A DNA stretch of 64,000 nucleotides from Pseudomonadota bacterium (lineage in GTDB: Bacteria; Pseudomonadota; Gammaproteobacteria; Xanthomonadales; Rhodanobacteraceae). The first letter of the stretch is position 1. Each line of letters begins with the position of its first letter. The notes under the pieces were generated by a model. That model saw nothing but the letters and a program-made list of their open reading frames with translations, searched no databases and was not told the DNA's origin. The translations under genes and the position numbers were made by a program. The stretch lies in NCBI GenBank assembly GCA_021815695.1, contig JAKAZT010000001.1, positions 1,233 through 65,232 on the forward strand, read 5' to 3'. Shown in pieces: positions 40,627 to 52,134 of this stretch.

Positions 40627-41787
40627 TCAGCGCCCCGCGAGCGCATCGACAATGTTGAGACGCATGCCGCGCAGCGCCGGCAGCGCACCGACCACCAGCC
40701 CGATCACCAGCATCAGCACGATGCCCAGCGTCCACGTGGCCACGCCTACCGGCGGCAGCACGATCTGCCCGCCCGCCGCGGCATTGACCGCCGGCATCAG
40801 CAGCGCAGCCAGACCCAGGCCGAGCACCCCGCCCAGCACGACAAGCAGCATCGATTCGGCCAGCACCAGCAGTAGCACGGCGCGATTGGAGAACCCCAGC
40901 GTCTTCAGCACCGCGAGCTCGGGGATACGCTCGCGCACCGCCTGCGCCATGGTGTTGCCGGTCAGCAGCAGCAGGGTGAAGAACACCGCCGCCATGATGC
41001 CGCCGACGATCAGGCCGATGTCGCCGATCTGCTTGGCGAAGGCCAGCTGGAAGGCCTGCTCGGTCTCGGTCCTGGTCTCGTGATCGGAGTTCTGCGACAG
41101 CCGGTCGATCGCCTGCGCGATGCGGTCCGACTGTGCCGGATCGGCCACCTTGACGATGTACCAGCCGACCTGGTTGCGGTAGTAGGCGTTGGCCTCGTCG
41201 AAGTATTTCCAGTGAAACAGCATCTGCTGTTCGAGTCCCTTGAGCTGCGGATTGCGGACTTTGAAGATGCCCACCAGATCGAAGGTCCAGGTGCTGCCGC
41301 CGTCACGCTTGGGGAAGATCGAGCCGATCAGCGGAATCTTGTCGCCGATCTTCCAGCCGAAGCGCCTGGCCAGCGTGGCGCCGACCACGGCGCCGGTGCG
41401 GGTGGCGTCGAAGGCCTTGCGCTCGGCCGGCGGCAGCACGATCTCGGGATAGAGGTCGAGGTAATTCGGGCTGATCGCGAAATTGGGGAAGAAGTTCTTC
41501 GGATCCTGGTAGGTGCCGCCGAACCAGTTGGCATAGGCAACGGCCTTGACGCCGGGCACGGTCCCGATCTGATTCAGCAGGCTGTAGGGCAGCGGCTGGA
41601 TGATCGAAAACCGTGACGACACGATCATGCGGTCCACGCCTGCCGCATTGGTGCCGGCGTCAAACGCGGTGCGTACGGCATCGAGCATGCCGAACAGCAG
41701 AAACGCCGCCAGCACCGACAGCAGGGTGAACGCGGTGCGCGTCTTGCGCCGGAACAGCGCGGCCAAGACCAGATGCAGGTATTTCAT
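40627..41787 (-). CDS. MacB/FtsX-family ABC transporter permease
   Basis: [42 protein letters not shown]. Confidence 0.93.
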   Translation of the reverse strand: MKYLHLVLAALFRRKTRTAFTLLSVLAAFLLFGMLDAVRTAFDAGTNAAGVDRMIVSSRFSIIQPLPYSLLNQIGTVPGVKAVAYANWFGGTYQDPKNFFPNFAISPNYLDLYPEIVLPPAERKAFDATRTGAVVGATLARRFGWKIGDKIPLIGSIFPKRDGGSTWTFDLVGIFKVRNPQLKGLEQQMLFHWKYFDEANAYYRNQVGWYIVKVADPAQSDRIAQAIDRLSQNSDHETRTETEQAFQLAFAKQIGDIGLIVGGIMAAVFFTLLLLTGNTMAQAVRERIPELAVLKTLGFSNRAVLLLVLAESMLLVVLGGVLGLGLAALLMPAVNAAAGGQIVLPPVGVATWTLGIVLMLVIGLVVGALPALRGMRLNIVDALAGR

Positions 41788-41814
41788 CGTCGTCTCTCCC
41801 GACCGCGTCCGCGT

Positions 41815-42507
<693 letters not shown>

Positions 42508-42544
42508 GGCGCGATCCTCGGTTGCGGGTTGTGTCGGGAAGTAT

Positions 42545-43783
42545 TCACTCGGGCGCCTCGGCAGCTTTTACGTGCGCGCCGTCGGCGAGGTTTGCGGGAG
42601 GCTTGACGACCACACGCGCGCCGACCGCCAGCCCGGATGTGATCAGGCGCAGATCGCCGTAACCGGGGCCCGCCGTCACCGGCGTCAGCCGTGCGCGTGC
42701 GGCCGCGACCACAAATACCGCATCGCCACCGTCGCGCTTGACCAGCGCGGTCGCCGGCACCAGCGCCCCCTTGGGCGCTGCGGACCCGACCTTGGGCGCC
42801 TGCTCGAGAAAACTCACGCGCACGCCCATGTCCGGCAGGATGCGCGGGTCTTTCGATTCCAGCGCGACACGCACCTTGACCGTGGCCTTGCTCTTGTCGG
42901 CCGTCGGCACGATGGCGATCACGTGCGCGGGGATCTTCCAGTCGGGATAGGCGTCAAGCACCGCTTCGGCGGGCTGGTCGGGGCGGATGCGGGCGATGTA
43001 GGCCTCGTTGACGTCAACATCGACCTCGAGCGAATTCATGTCGACGATGGTGGCGACCCCGGTACGGGTGAAGCCGCCGCCGGCGGAAAACGGTGACACG
43101 ATTTCGCCCACCTGCGCGGCCTTGTCGACGATCACGCCGGCGAAGGGCGCGCGCACGAAGGTGTAGTCGTAATTGACCCTTGCTTCGTCGAGTTGGGCAC
43201 GGGCCACCTGCACCTGACGCTCGGCCCCCAGCAGGGCGGCGTCGGCTCCATCGGCGCCGGACTGGGCCTGGTCGTAGCTTTGCCGCGGCGTCAATCCGCG
43301 CCCGACGAGATCGCGCTGGCGGACCAGCGTCTGTCGCGCGAGCACCGCCTGGGCACGGGACTGGGCAACCGCGGCCTGCGCGGCCGCCAGTTGCGCACGT
43401 GCCAGATCCAGCGCGGCCCTGGCCTGGGCGTCATCGAGGCGCGCCAGCAGCTGGCCCCGGACGACGCGCTCACCTTCCTCGATATGCACCTCGGTCAGCC
43501 GGCCGGTGATCTGCGCCGAGACCGTGGCCTTGCGCCGGGCGGTGACATAGCCGGTCGCCTGCAGCACCGCACCGGTTTCACTGCCCGCCACGGGTGCCTC
43601 GGCGGTGACGACCTCCACGGCCACGCTGCGCGTGCCCAGCAACATCCAAGCGCCACCGGCCAGGACGCCGATCGCGATCACGACAGCGACGGCCCACGGC
43701 CAGGGCACACGCGATGATTCCTCGTCACGCTGGTCCCTGCCGATGCGCAGTTGCTTGAGCAGGTCGGTCTGGTCCACACCCAT
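42545..43783 (-). CDS. Efflux periplasmic adaptor (membrane fusion protein, MacA/HlyD-like)
   Basis: N-terminal TM, V.A.ITG.L..V.IEEG..V..GQLLA.LD, APFAG.I, VDVNE..I..I, PDM.V.V. Confidence 0.93.
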   Translation of the reverse strand: MGVDQTDLLKQLRIGRDQRDEESSRVPWPWAVAVVIAIGVLAGGAWMLLGTRSVAVEVVTAEAPVAGSETGAVLQATGYVTARRKATVSAQITGRLTEVHIEEGERVVRGQLLARLDDAQARAALDLARAQLAAAQAAVAQSRAQAVLARQTLVRQRDLVGRGLTPRQSYDQAQSGADGADAALLGAERQVQVARAQLDEARVNYDYTFVRAPFAGVIVDKAAQVGEIVSPFSAGGGFTRTGVATIVDMNSLEVDVDVNEAYIARIRPDQPAEAVLDAYPDWKIPAHVIAIVPTADKSKATVKVRVALESKDPRILPDMGVRVSFLEQAPKVGSAAPKGALVPATALVKRDGGDAVFVVAAARARLTPVTAGPGYGDLRLITSGLAVGARVVVKPPANLADGAHVKAAEAPE

Positions 43784-43864
43784 CTCCCCGGGCCATGCGG
43801 CCGCGGCAGTCTGCCATAGCCTGCCGACCTTGCCGCGACGTGCCGAGAGGCAGGGATCAGGCAT

Positions 43865-43888
43865 CGCGTCTGACAGCTGTCAGACGCG
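43865..43888. promoter_or_regulatory. Perfect 24-bp palindrome upstream of the exporter operon (candidate operator)
   Basis: CGCGTCTGACAG|CTGTCAGACGCG, core TGACA-GC-TGTCA. Confidence 0.55.
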
Positions 43889-43913
43889 GAACTCGGGGCT
43901 CGGATTCAAGCTT

Positions 43914-44013
43914 GTCACCCTGAGCGTAGCGAAGGGCCTGTCATGCCGGCACGCGGGTGAGCTGTGCCGAAGCGTGGCTGTGCGGAAAGATCCTTCGCTT
44001 CGCTCAGGATGAC
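43914..44013. repeat. REP/REPIN-like inverted repeat pair
   Basis: GTCACCCTGAGCGTAGCGAAGGGCCT (43914-43939) versus the reverse complement of AGATCCTTCGCTTCGCTCAGGATGAC (43988-44013), 22/26 identical; resembles the widespread GTCATCCTGAGCGAAGCGAAGGATCT repeat. Confidence 0.8.
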
Positions 44014-44121
44014 CAACTGAAATCCCCAAGGGATGACGGCCTGCTCTTGCCGCTCACTGCTCAACGCTCAACGCTTCCGGCGTACTACCATCGTGGGATC
44101 CCCAACGAGCACCGCCAGACC

Positions 44122-44808
44122 ATGAGCCACCTGTTCGAGCCGTCTGCCGTCGTCAGTCTCCCCATCGCTGGCCGCAACGAGCGCTTCCCGGTGCATCGCA
44201 TCTATTGCATTGGCCGCAACTACGCCGATCACGCCCGCGAGATGGGCGCGACCGTCGACCGCGCGCAACCTGTGTTCTTTCTCAAACCCGCCGACGCGGT
44301 CGTGACCGACGGCGCCAACGTGCCGTACCCGCCTGCCACCGCCGACCTGCACCACGAGGTCGAGATGGTGGTGGCGCTGGCCCGGGGCGGGCGCGACATC
44401 GCGGTGGAGCGGGCGCTCGCTCATGTGTTCGGCTACGGCGTCGGCCTCGATCTCACCCGCCGCGACCTGCAGGCCGCGGCCAAGAAGACCGGCATGCCGT
44501 GGGACTCCGCCAAGGCCTTCGACCACTCGGCACCGGTGTCCGCCCTGCATCCCGCAGCCACCATCGGTCATCCGGCTCAGATCGAACTGAAGCTGGTGGT
44601 CAACGGCACCGTTCGGCAGCGCACCGACGTCAACGCGATGGTCTTCAACGTCGCCGAGACGATCCACGAGCTTTCGAGACTGTGGACGCTGGCGCCCGGC
44701 GATCTGATCTTCACCGGCACGCCCGCCGGGGTCGCCGCGCTGCATCGGGGGGATCATTTCCGCGCGACGCTTGGCGACATCGCGCTGCTCGAAGGAACCA
44801 TGATCTGA
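44122..44808 (+). CDS. Fumarylacetoacetate hydrolase-family protein
   Basis: RIYCIGRNYADHAREMG, FFLKP, LHHEVEM, DLTRRDLQ, KAFD.S, PGDLIFTGTPAGV. Confidence 0.94.
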   Translation: MSHLFEPSAVVSLPIAGRNERFPVHRIYCIGRNYADHAREMGATVDRAQPVFFLKPADAVVTDGANVPYPPATADLHHEVEMVVALARGGRDIAVERALAHVFGYGVGLDLTRRDLQAAAKKTGMPWDSAKAFDHSAPVSALHPAATIGHPAQIELKLVVNGTVRQRTDVNAMVFNVAETIHELSRLWTLAPGDLIFTGTPAGVAALHRGDHFRATLGDIALLEGTMI

Positions 44809-44886
44809 CGCATGACCCGCGCTTCGATGCAAGCCTGGGTTAAAGTCTCCGCGCCGCATCGGGGCGGCGCAACGGGGATTATCGCC

Positions 44887-45276
44887 ATGAGCCTGTTCGG
44901 CGAGTTCAAGCAGTTCGCCATGCGCGGCAATGTCATGGACCTGGCCGTGGGCGTGGTCATCGGCGCCGCCTTCGGCAAGATCGTCACCGCACTGGTCGAT
45001 CAGGTGATCATGCCGCCGATCGGCCTGCTGATCGGCGGCGTGGATTTTTCGGCCTGGAAGTGGGTGCTCAAGGATGCGGTCAACGGCAAGGGCGAGGTCG
45101 CGATCGGCATCGGTGGCTTCATCAACACCATCATCCAGTTCGTGATCGTGGCGTTCGCGATCTTTCTGGTGATCAAGCTGATGAACCGGCTGGTCAAGAA
45201 ACAGGAAACCGCGCCCGCCGCTCCGCCCGCGGAGGTCGTGCTGCTGACCGAGATCCGCGATCTGCTGAAGAAATAG
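44887..45276 (+). CDS. mscL: Large-conductance mechanosensitive channel
   Basis: [38 protein letters not shown]. Confidence 0.98.
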   Translation: MSLFGEFKQFAMRGNVMDLAVGVVIGAAFGKIVTALVDQVIMPPIGLLIGGVDFSAWKWVLKDAVNGKGEVAIGIGGFINTIIQFVIVAFAIFLVIKLMNRLVKKQETAPAAPPAEVVLLTEIRDLLKK

Positions 45277-45282
45277 CCGCGT

Positions 45283-46101
45283 TCAGACCGGCGGCGGCCG
45301 ATGCTGCCGCCGCCACTCGGCAAACAACACGGCCGCGCTGGCGGCGATGTTAAGGCTTTCGACCGCGCCGCTGCCGGGAATGGTCAGCCGCACGTCCGCT
45401 GCCGCGATCAGCGACGCGCTCAGGCCGGCGCCCTCGGCGCCGAACACCAGCGCGGTGCGCGCCGGCAAGTCGGCGTCGAACAGCGACTGGCCGGCACGCG
45501 GCACCGTCGCAGCCAGGGCGAAGCCGGCGGCGCGCAGCGTGGCTGCGACCTCCGCGCCGGTTCGGGCGCGCAGCAGCGGCACGGCCTCGGCGCCGCCCTC
45601 GGCGACGCGCGCGGCAGCGCCCGACAACGCCAGCGGATCATTTGCATCCAGCACCACGCCGGCCAGACCGAAGTGCGCGCCGCTGCGCAGCAGCGCGCCG
45701 AGGTTGTGCGGGTTGCCCACGCCTGCGAGCACTGCCAGCAGCGCGGGGCCCGGCGGCAGGCGGCCGATGCCGGCGGCGAGTGCCTGCTCGCACAGTGGTG
45801 CCATCGCCAGACAGACGCCCTCGTGATGCGCGCTGCCGCTGACGCGTGCCAGCTCGTCGGCATCGACCACGCGGTAGCCGATGCGCTGGCGCACGCACCA
45901 GGCCAGCATCGGCTTGAACGCCGGCAGGCGCGATTCCAGCAACCAGGCCTTGCGCAGATCCTGCGGCCGCCGGGCAAAGGCCGCCAGACATGCGTTGAGG
46001 CCGTGCAGGCGAACCTCGGCGTTGTGCGCAACCGGGATCCGGGGCGAACCGGACGCGCCGCGGCCGGAGCCGGTACCCGGTGGTCGCGTCAGCGGGCGCA
46101 A
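45283..46101 (-). CDS. TrmH/SpoU-family RNA methyltransferase
   Basis: HHEGV, NPHNLGA.LRS, R.AEGG, LVFGAE..G, IPG.G.VESLNIA. Start uncertain. Confidence 0.92.
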   Translation of the reverse strand: MRPLTRPPGTGSGRGASGSPRIPVAHNAEVRLHGLNACLAAFARRPQDLRKAWLLESRLPAFKPMLAWCVRQRIGYRVVDADELARVSGSAHHEGVCLAMAPLCEQALAAGIGRLPPGPALLAVLAGVGNPHNLGALLRSGAHFGLAGVVLDANDPLALSGAAARVAEGGAEAVPLLRARTGAEVAATLRAAGFALAATVPRAGQSLFDADLPARTALVFGAEGAGLSASLIAAADVRLTIPGSGAVESLNIAASAAVLFAEWRRQHRPPPV

Positions 46102-46137
46102 GCGGACACCGCCCGGCGCACGCCGGTGCCGGTCGTA

Positions 46138-46605
46138 TCAGGGAATGGCGGGGTCGTCATTGCTGGCGTCCTGGTCCAGTAGCTGCAGGCGTTCCTTGAG
46201 CCGCTCGAGCAGCGCGATCATCGCCGCGAGTTCGCTGGCGGGGATGCCTTGCGCGATGTCACTCCGAACCTCGTAGCCGATGCGTTCCATGTCCGCGGCC
46301 ACCGCGCGCGCGCGCGCGGTCAGGTGCAGCCGCCAGACGCGGCGATCGGCGGGGTCGGCACGACGTTCGACGAAACCCGCTGCCTGCAGGCGATCGAGCA
46401 CGCGACCGACCGCGATCGGCTCGATTTCCAGTTGCTCGGCCAGATCGGCCTGGGTGATGCCTTCGCTGCGAAACAGCCGGCGCAATGCGCGCCACTGCAC
46501 CCGGGTCAGACCGTGGCAGGCGGCGCGGCGGTCGAAATGCTTGCGCGCCAGACGCGCGACGTCGCTGATCAGAAAGCCGAAATCGTGGTCGTAGCTGCCG
46601 GGCAT
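46138..46605 (-). CDS. MarR/SlyA-family transcriptional regulator
   Basis: GFLISDVARL...FD, GLTRVQW, GITQADLAE, LDRL...GFVER..DP.DRR...L.LT. Confidence 0.93.
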   Translation of the reverse strand: MPGSYDHDFGFLISDVARLARKHFDRRAACHGLTRVQWRALRRLFRSEGITQADLAEQLEIEPIAVGRVLDRLQAAGFVERRADPADRRVWRLHLTARARAVAADMERIGYEVRSDIAQGIPASELAAMIALLERLKERLQLLDQDASNDDPAIP

Positions 46606-46741
46606 GGGCGCCATAGTCGGTGTCCGTCGCGGTCACCGCAAGCGTTGCCGATGCAGCCGCGACAGGCCGGGCACGGCCAGCTGGCCGCGGAAACACCGAG
46701 GGCGGCCGCAGCCGCCCCCGGTCGCAGCATTGCGAAGCGCT

Positions 46742-49018
46742 CTACTTCATGTTTTCGCCGAGGATCTTCGGGGTGACGAAGATCAGCAGTTCGGCCTTGG
46801 TGTTGGTGCGCTGCTTGTTGCGAAACAGCACACCGAGGCCGGGGATGTCGCCGAGGCCCGGTACCTTGGTCAGGTTTTCCTGCTTGCTGACCTCGTAGAT
46901 GCCGCCCAGGACCACGGTCTGGCCGTTGTCGACCAGCACCGAGGTGTTGATCTCGCGGGTGTCGATCTGCGGCACCTGGCCACCGCCCGGATTGTTGACG
47001 AAGCCGGCGAGCGCGTCCTTCTTGACGTTGATCTGCAGATAGACGCGATTGTCGGCGGTGATGGTCGGCGTCACCTTGAGCTGCAGCACGGCGTCCTTGA
47101 ACTGCACGGTCGCGGTACCGGCGCCAGCGCCGCCCCCGGTGTTCTGGAAGGTGACGTAGCCGATCTCCTGGCCCTGCTTGATTACGGCCTCCTGCTGGCT
47201 GGCGGTGATCACGCGCGGGCTGGAGATCACCTCGCCACGGCCCTCGGTCTGCATCGCCGAGAGTTCGAGATCGAGCAGGTAGTTCGAGCCCAGGATGGCC
47301 AGACCGAAGCTGCCCGCGGCGGGGGTGGCCGGCAGGTTGACGTTGAGGCCACCCGGGAAGGTGATCGCCGGCGGCAGCGTCGGCTGCGCCGGGACGGTGC
47401 CCTGCTGCGCGGCGTAGGCGGCATTGAGGTTGTTCTGGTTGATCACCGTCTGTTGCGCGGCGATGCTGTTGGTCAGACTGGTGGTGTCACCGATCGTCGC
47501 ACCCGTGCTGAGAATCTGGCCGCTCGGCTGGGTCCGGAAACCCGTCATGCCGAACTTGGCGCCGAGATCGCGCGCGAAGCTGTCGGTGGCGATCACGATG
47601 CGCGACTCGATCAGCACCTGCTGCACCGGCTTGTCCAGCACCGCCACGAGCGCGCGGATCTCGCGGATCTTCTCCGGGATGTCGCTGACCAGCAGGGTAT
47701 TGGTGCGGTCATCGTAGGACACGCTGCCGCGCGCCGAGAGGAAGCCGCGGTTGCCGACGGCGCCGCCAGCGCCGGCCGAATTGCTCTGCAGGCTCTTCTG
47801 CGTCAGCAGCTTGGCGATGTCGGCGGCCTTGCCGTAACTGATCGGGATGTAGTCGGTGACCAGCGGCTGCGCCTGCTCGGCCTGCATGCGCGCATTGGCG
47901 AGATTCTGCTCGTATTGCGCGATCTCGGTCTGTGGCGCGACCCAGATGACATTGCCGGTCTTGCGCATGTCGAGGTTCTTGGCGCGCAATACCACGGCCA
48001 GGGCCTGGTCCCAGGGCACGTTGACCAGACGCAGGGTCACGCTGCCGCCGACCGAGTCGGAGGCGACGATGTTGAGGTTGGAGACATCGGCCAGCAGTTG
48101 CAGCACCGAGCGCGTCGGAATGTCCTGGAAGTTGAAGGTGACGCGGCTGCCGGAGAACTTCGGCTCTTCGACCTTGCCCAGCACACCCTGCTGCTGCTCG
48201 GCCTTCTTGGCCGCGATCTCGACCACGTACTGGTTGCCGGTCTGGTAGGCCGAGGGCTCGATCACGCCATGGGTGGCGATTTCCATGCGCGCGCCGTTGG
48301 GTCGCGGCCGGGTGACGACCGAACTGACCGGCGTGGCAAAATCATTGACGTCAAGGCGCTGGGCCAGCTTTTCCGGCAGCTTGACGTTGCTGAAGTCGAC
48401 GATCACGCGGTCGCCTTCGCGATGCATGTCGGCGCTGGCGCCGTTGCCCTCGAAACTGACCACCACCTCGCCGGAGCCGTTGCTGCCGCGGCGGAAGTCG
48501 ATGTTGCCGACGCTGGCCGTGGCGCTGGCGAGCATCTTGCTCGGATCGGTGTAGGCCGCGCTGGCCGCCGCCGCTCCGGTCATGCCGTTGGCGATGCTCA
48601 TCACCAGGCTGTCGCCCTCGACGTGCGTGCTGTAGCTGGAGGCGTGGAACAGATCCACGACCACGCGAGTGCGGCCGCCGGCCGAAACCGCGGTGACGCT
48701 GGAGGTGGAACCGGTGCCGATCTCCACCCGCCGCTTGGCCAACCCCACCTGGGTATTTGCCAGATCGACCGCGATGCGCGGCGGATTGTCGGTGGTGAAG
48801 ATCTTCGGCGCGGGCACGCCACCGCTGAACTTCAGCGTCAGGTCGATCCTGCCGCCAGGCATGGCCTGGTAGCTGATGTCCTTGAGCACGCTCTCGGCGC
48901 GCGCGCCGCATGCGAGCCCGGCGCCCGCGAGCAGGACCATGGCCAGCATCACGCGACGCAACGCACCAGACAGGCGGCGTGCGACGCGGGCCGGATCACG
49001 AGTGGCTTTCGTCGTCAT
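46742..49018 (-). CDS. pilQ: Type IV pilus secretin PilQ
   Basis: AMIN domains, NFQDI..RSVLQLLA, VPWDQAL, D.RTNTL, QVLIESRIV, KVPGLGDIP.LG.LF, ELLIFVTPKI. Start ATG 49018 or 49024. Confidence 0.97.
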   Translation of the reverse strand: MTTKATRDPARVARRLSGALRRVMLAMVLLAGAGLACGARAESVLKDISYQAMPGGRIDLTLKFSGGVPAPKIFTTDNPPRIAVDLANTQVGLAKRRVEIGTGSTSSVTAVSAGGRTRVVVDLFHASSYSTHVEGDSLVMSIANGMTGAAAASAAYTDPSKMLASATASVGNIDFRRGSNGSGEVVVSFEGNGASADMHREGDRVIVDFSNVKLPEKLAQRLDVNDFATPVSSVVTRPRPNGARMEIATHGVIEPSAYQTGNQYVVEIAAKKAEQQQGVLGKVEEPKFSGSRVTFNFQDIPTRSVLQLLADVSNLNIVASDSVGGSVTLRLVNVPWDQALAVVLRAKNLDMRKTGNVIWVAPQTEIAQYEQNLANARMQAEQAQPLVTDYIPISYGKAADIAKLLTQKSLQSNSAGAGGAVGNRGFLSARGSVSYDDRTNTLLVSDIPEKIREIRALVAVLDKPVQQVLIESRIVIATDSFARDLGAKFGMTGFRTQPSGQILSTGATIGDTTSLTNSIAAQQTVINQNNLNAAYAAQQGTVPAQPTLPPAITFPGGLNVNLPATPAAGSFGLAILGSNYLLDLELSAMQTEGRGEVISSPRVITASQQEAVIKQGQEIGYVTFQNTGGGAGAGTATVQFKDAVLQLKVTPTITADNRVYLQINVKKDALAGFVNNPGGGQVPQIDTREINTSVLVDNGQTVVLGGIYEVSKQENLTKVPGLGDIPGLGVLFRNKQRTNTKAELLIFVTPKILGENMK

Positions 49019-49038
49019 GTACATCCCCCCACAGGGTC

Positions 49039-49569
49039 CTATTGGCCGCTCAGCGCGATAGTGGCCTGACGCTCCATCCAGCCGCCATTGCCGTTCGGAA
49101 TCAACTCGGTCAGATCGACGTGGTCCAGCGTGATGTCGGTGACATGTCCATCATTCTGGCCGAGGTAGTTGTTGCGGTGAACACGATGAATCACGCCGGT
49201 CGGGTCCTTGATCAGGGCTTCGATGCTGGTGCCGGTACCGATGGTGCCGACCATCTTCAGCGAATCCAGCGGGAACGCCTCCAGCGGCTGTTTCGGCCGG
49301 TTGGCGTCCGGCCGCGGACCGTTGCCGTTGTTGCCGTAGCCGTTGAGTTCGATCGGACTGGGGCTGAACGGGTCGCGTTGATCCTGGTCGTTGTAGGTGA
49401 AGGTCTCGAAGGTCTTGACCACCGGCAGCGGTTGCAGCGGCGCGCCCTTCATGGCCTTCTGCTGCGCGACCCATTCGCGCAGGTCGCTCATGCCGCGGGT
49501 ACAGCCGCCGAGCGTGGAGAGCAGGCCGGCGGCGAGCAGGATACGGGCGAGTGCAAGCTTCATGCTCAC
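49039..49569 (-). CDS. pilP: Type IV pilus lipoprotein PilP
   Basis: Lipobox LGGC, RDPF, RPKQPLEAFPLDSLKMVGT, YLGQNDG. Confidence 0.96.
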   Translation of the reverse strand: MSMKLALARILLAAGLLSTLGGCTRGMSDLREWVAQQKAMKGAPLQPLPVVKTFETFTYNDQDQRDPFSPSPIELNGYGNNGNGPRPDANRPKQPLEAFPLDSLKMVGTIGTGTSIEALIKDPTGVIHRVHRNNYLGQNDGHVTDITLDHVDLTELIPNGNGGWMERQATIALSGQ

Positions 49570-50234
49570 TTCCCTCCCTTGGCCGGCGAGCCCTGTGCGG
49601 CCTTGTCGGCCGCCTGGGTCTCGTCCTCATCCAGATAGCGGTAGGTCTTGACGGTGCCCTCGAGTATCAGCAGCCCATTGGTGGGCAGCTTGCCGTTGGC
49701 GGCACCCTGCACCGGGCGCAACGACACATCGTGCATGGTCAGGATCACCACCCGGGGCAGCGAAGCCACGCCGCTGATGAAGGTGCCGAACTGGTTGTAG
49801 GTGCCGATCATGCGCAACTGGATCGGTTTCTCGGCGTAGAACTCCTTGACGGTCTCCGGACCGGGCTGGAACAGATCGGTCTCGAGGCCGGCCGAGAGCG
49901 CCGTCTGCGAGATGTCCACCAGCAGCTCGGGCATCTCGGTCTTGCTCGGCAGCTGCCGCAGCATCTGCCGCAGCATGTCCTGCATTTCGCTGAGCTGCTG
50001 CTTGAGCGCGTCGAGATTGGCCGCCTTGGCCTGTTTCTGCACGAATTCCTGTCTGAGCTGGGTTTCCTTTTGCCGCAGGCTGCCGAGCTGGTCCTGCTGG
50101 TCGCTGATCTTGAACCACCAGCCGAAAAAGAGGATCAGCACGAACACCAGCACGGTGAAGGTCCGTTTGGCCGAGTTGGGCCAGCCGCCGATGTTGTTGC
50201 GATCGAGATTGCGGAAGTCGTCAAGGAAGCTCAC
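49566..50234 (-). CDS. pilO: Type IV pilus assembly protein PilO
   Basis: GGWP, QLPSKTEMPELL.DI, EFYAEKPI, LPRVV, KTYRY. Confidence 0.96.
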   Translation of the reverse strand: MSFLDDFRNLDRNNIGGWPNSAKRTFTVLVFVLILFFGWWFKISDQQDQLGSLRQKETQLRQEFVQKQAKAANLDALKQQLSEMQDMLRQMLRQLPSKTEMPELLVDISQTALSAGLETDLFQPGPETVKEFYAEKPIQLRMIGTYNQFGTFISGVASLPRVVILTMHDVSLRPVQGAANGKLPTNGLLILEGTVKTYRYLDEDETQAADKAAQGSPAKGGK

Positions 50235-50841
50235 GGCTTGGCACCTCCCTTCACCGGCGCCGCCATCTGGGCGGCGGCGCTGCCGTCATCCTTGGGCTTG
50301 GGCCGGGACAGGGTGACATCGAGACCGAACACGTAGGGCATGACGCTGCTGTTGCCCTTTTCCTTTTCGGTCTTGGTCAGGTCGGCCGGGCCCAGCCATG
50401 GCGAGGCTTCGATGTTGCGCATGTAGGTCGCGACACTCGCATTGGACTGGGCGACGCCATCCAGCACCAGCTTGGTGCCGGTCTGCTTCATCGCCGTCAG
50501 CCGCACGCTGTCGGGGGTACGCTTCACCAGCTCGTCGAACAGGTGGACCATCTGCGAGCGATTGGCCTGCAGCTGCTCGATGATGTCCTTGCGCGCCAGC
50601 AGTCGGGCCCGGGTCTTCTCGAGGTCCTTGATCTCCGCGATCTTGGCGTCGACCTGCTTGATCTCGCCCTGCAGATAGGCGTTGCGCTCGTTCTGGTTGT
50701 CGACGCGCAGCCCCATCCACGATACCGCCAGCATCAGCACGACGACAGCCGACGCCGCGGAAACGCCCAGTTGGACGAAGAATTCCCGCTCGCGCTGCTT
50801 GCGGCGTTCGGCACGCCAGGGGAGGAGGTTGATCTTCGCCA

Positions 50842-50842
<1 letters not shown>
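50231..50842 (-). CDS. pilN: Type IV pilus assembly protein PilN
   Basis: MAKINLLPWR, IEQLQ.NR...VHLFDEL, G.AQSN..V..YMRNIE.SPW. Confidence 0.96.
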
Positions 50843-52020
<1,178 letters not shown>

Positions 52021-52134
52021 TCATTTCGAACACTGCAATCCGTGAGCCGCAGCGCGCTATCGAGCTGCCGGCTGCGCATCTATACTCCGCCCTTCCCGCC
52101 GCCTGCCTAGACAGCGATCACACTCCCCGCGGCC

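Noticed and set aside
46604-49069. 821-aa plus-strand ORF, and similar long ORFs at 25182-27857, 33198-35816 and 60698-63307
   Set aside because: Each mirrors a well-supported gene on the other strand.
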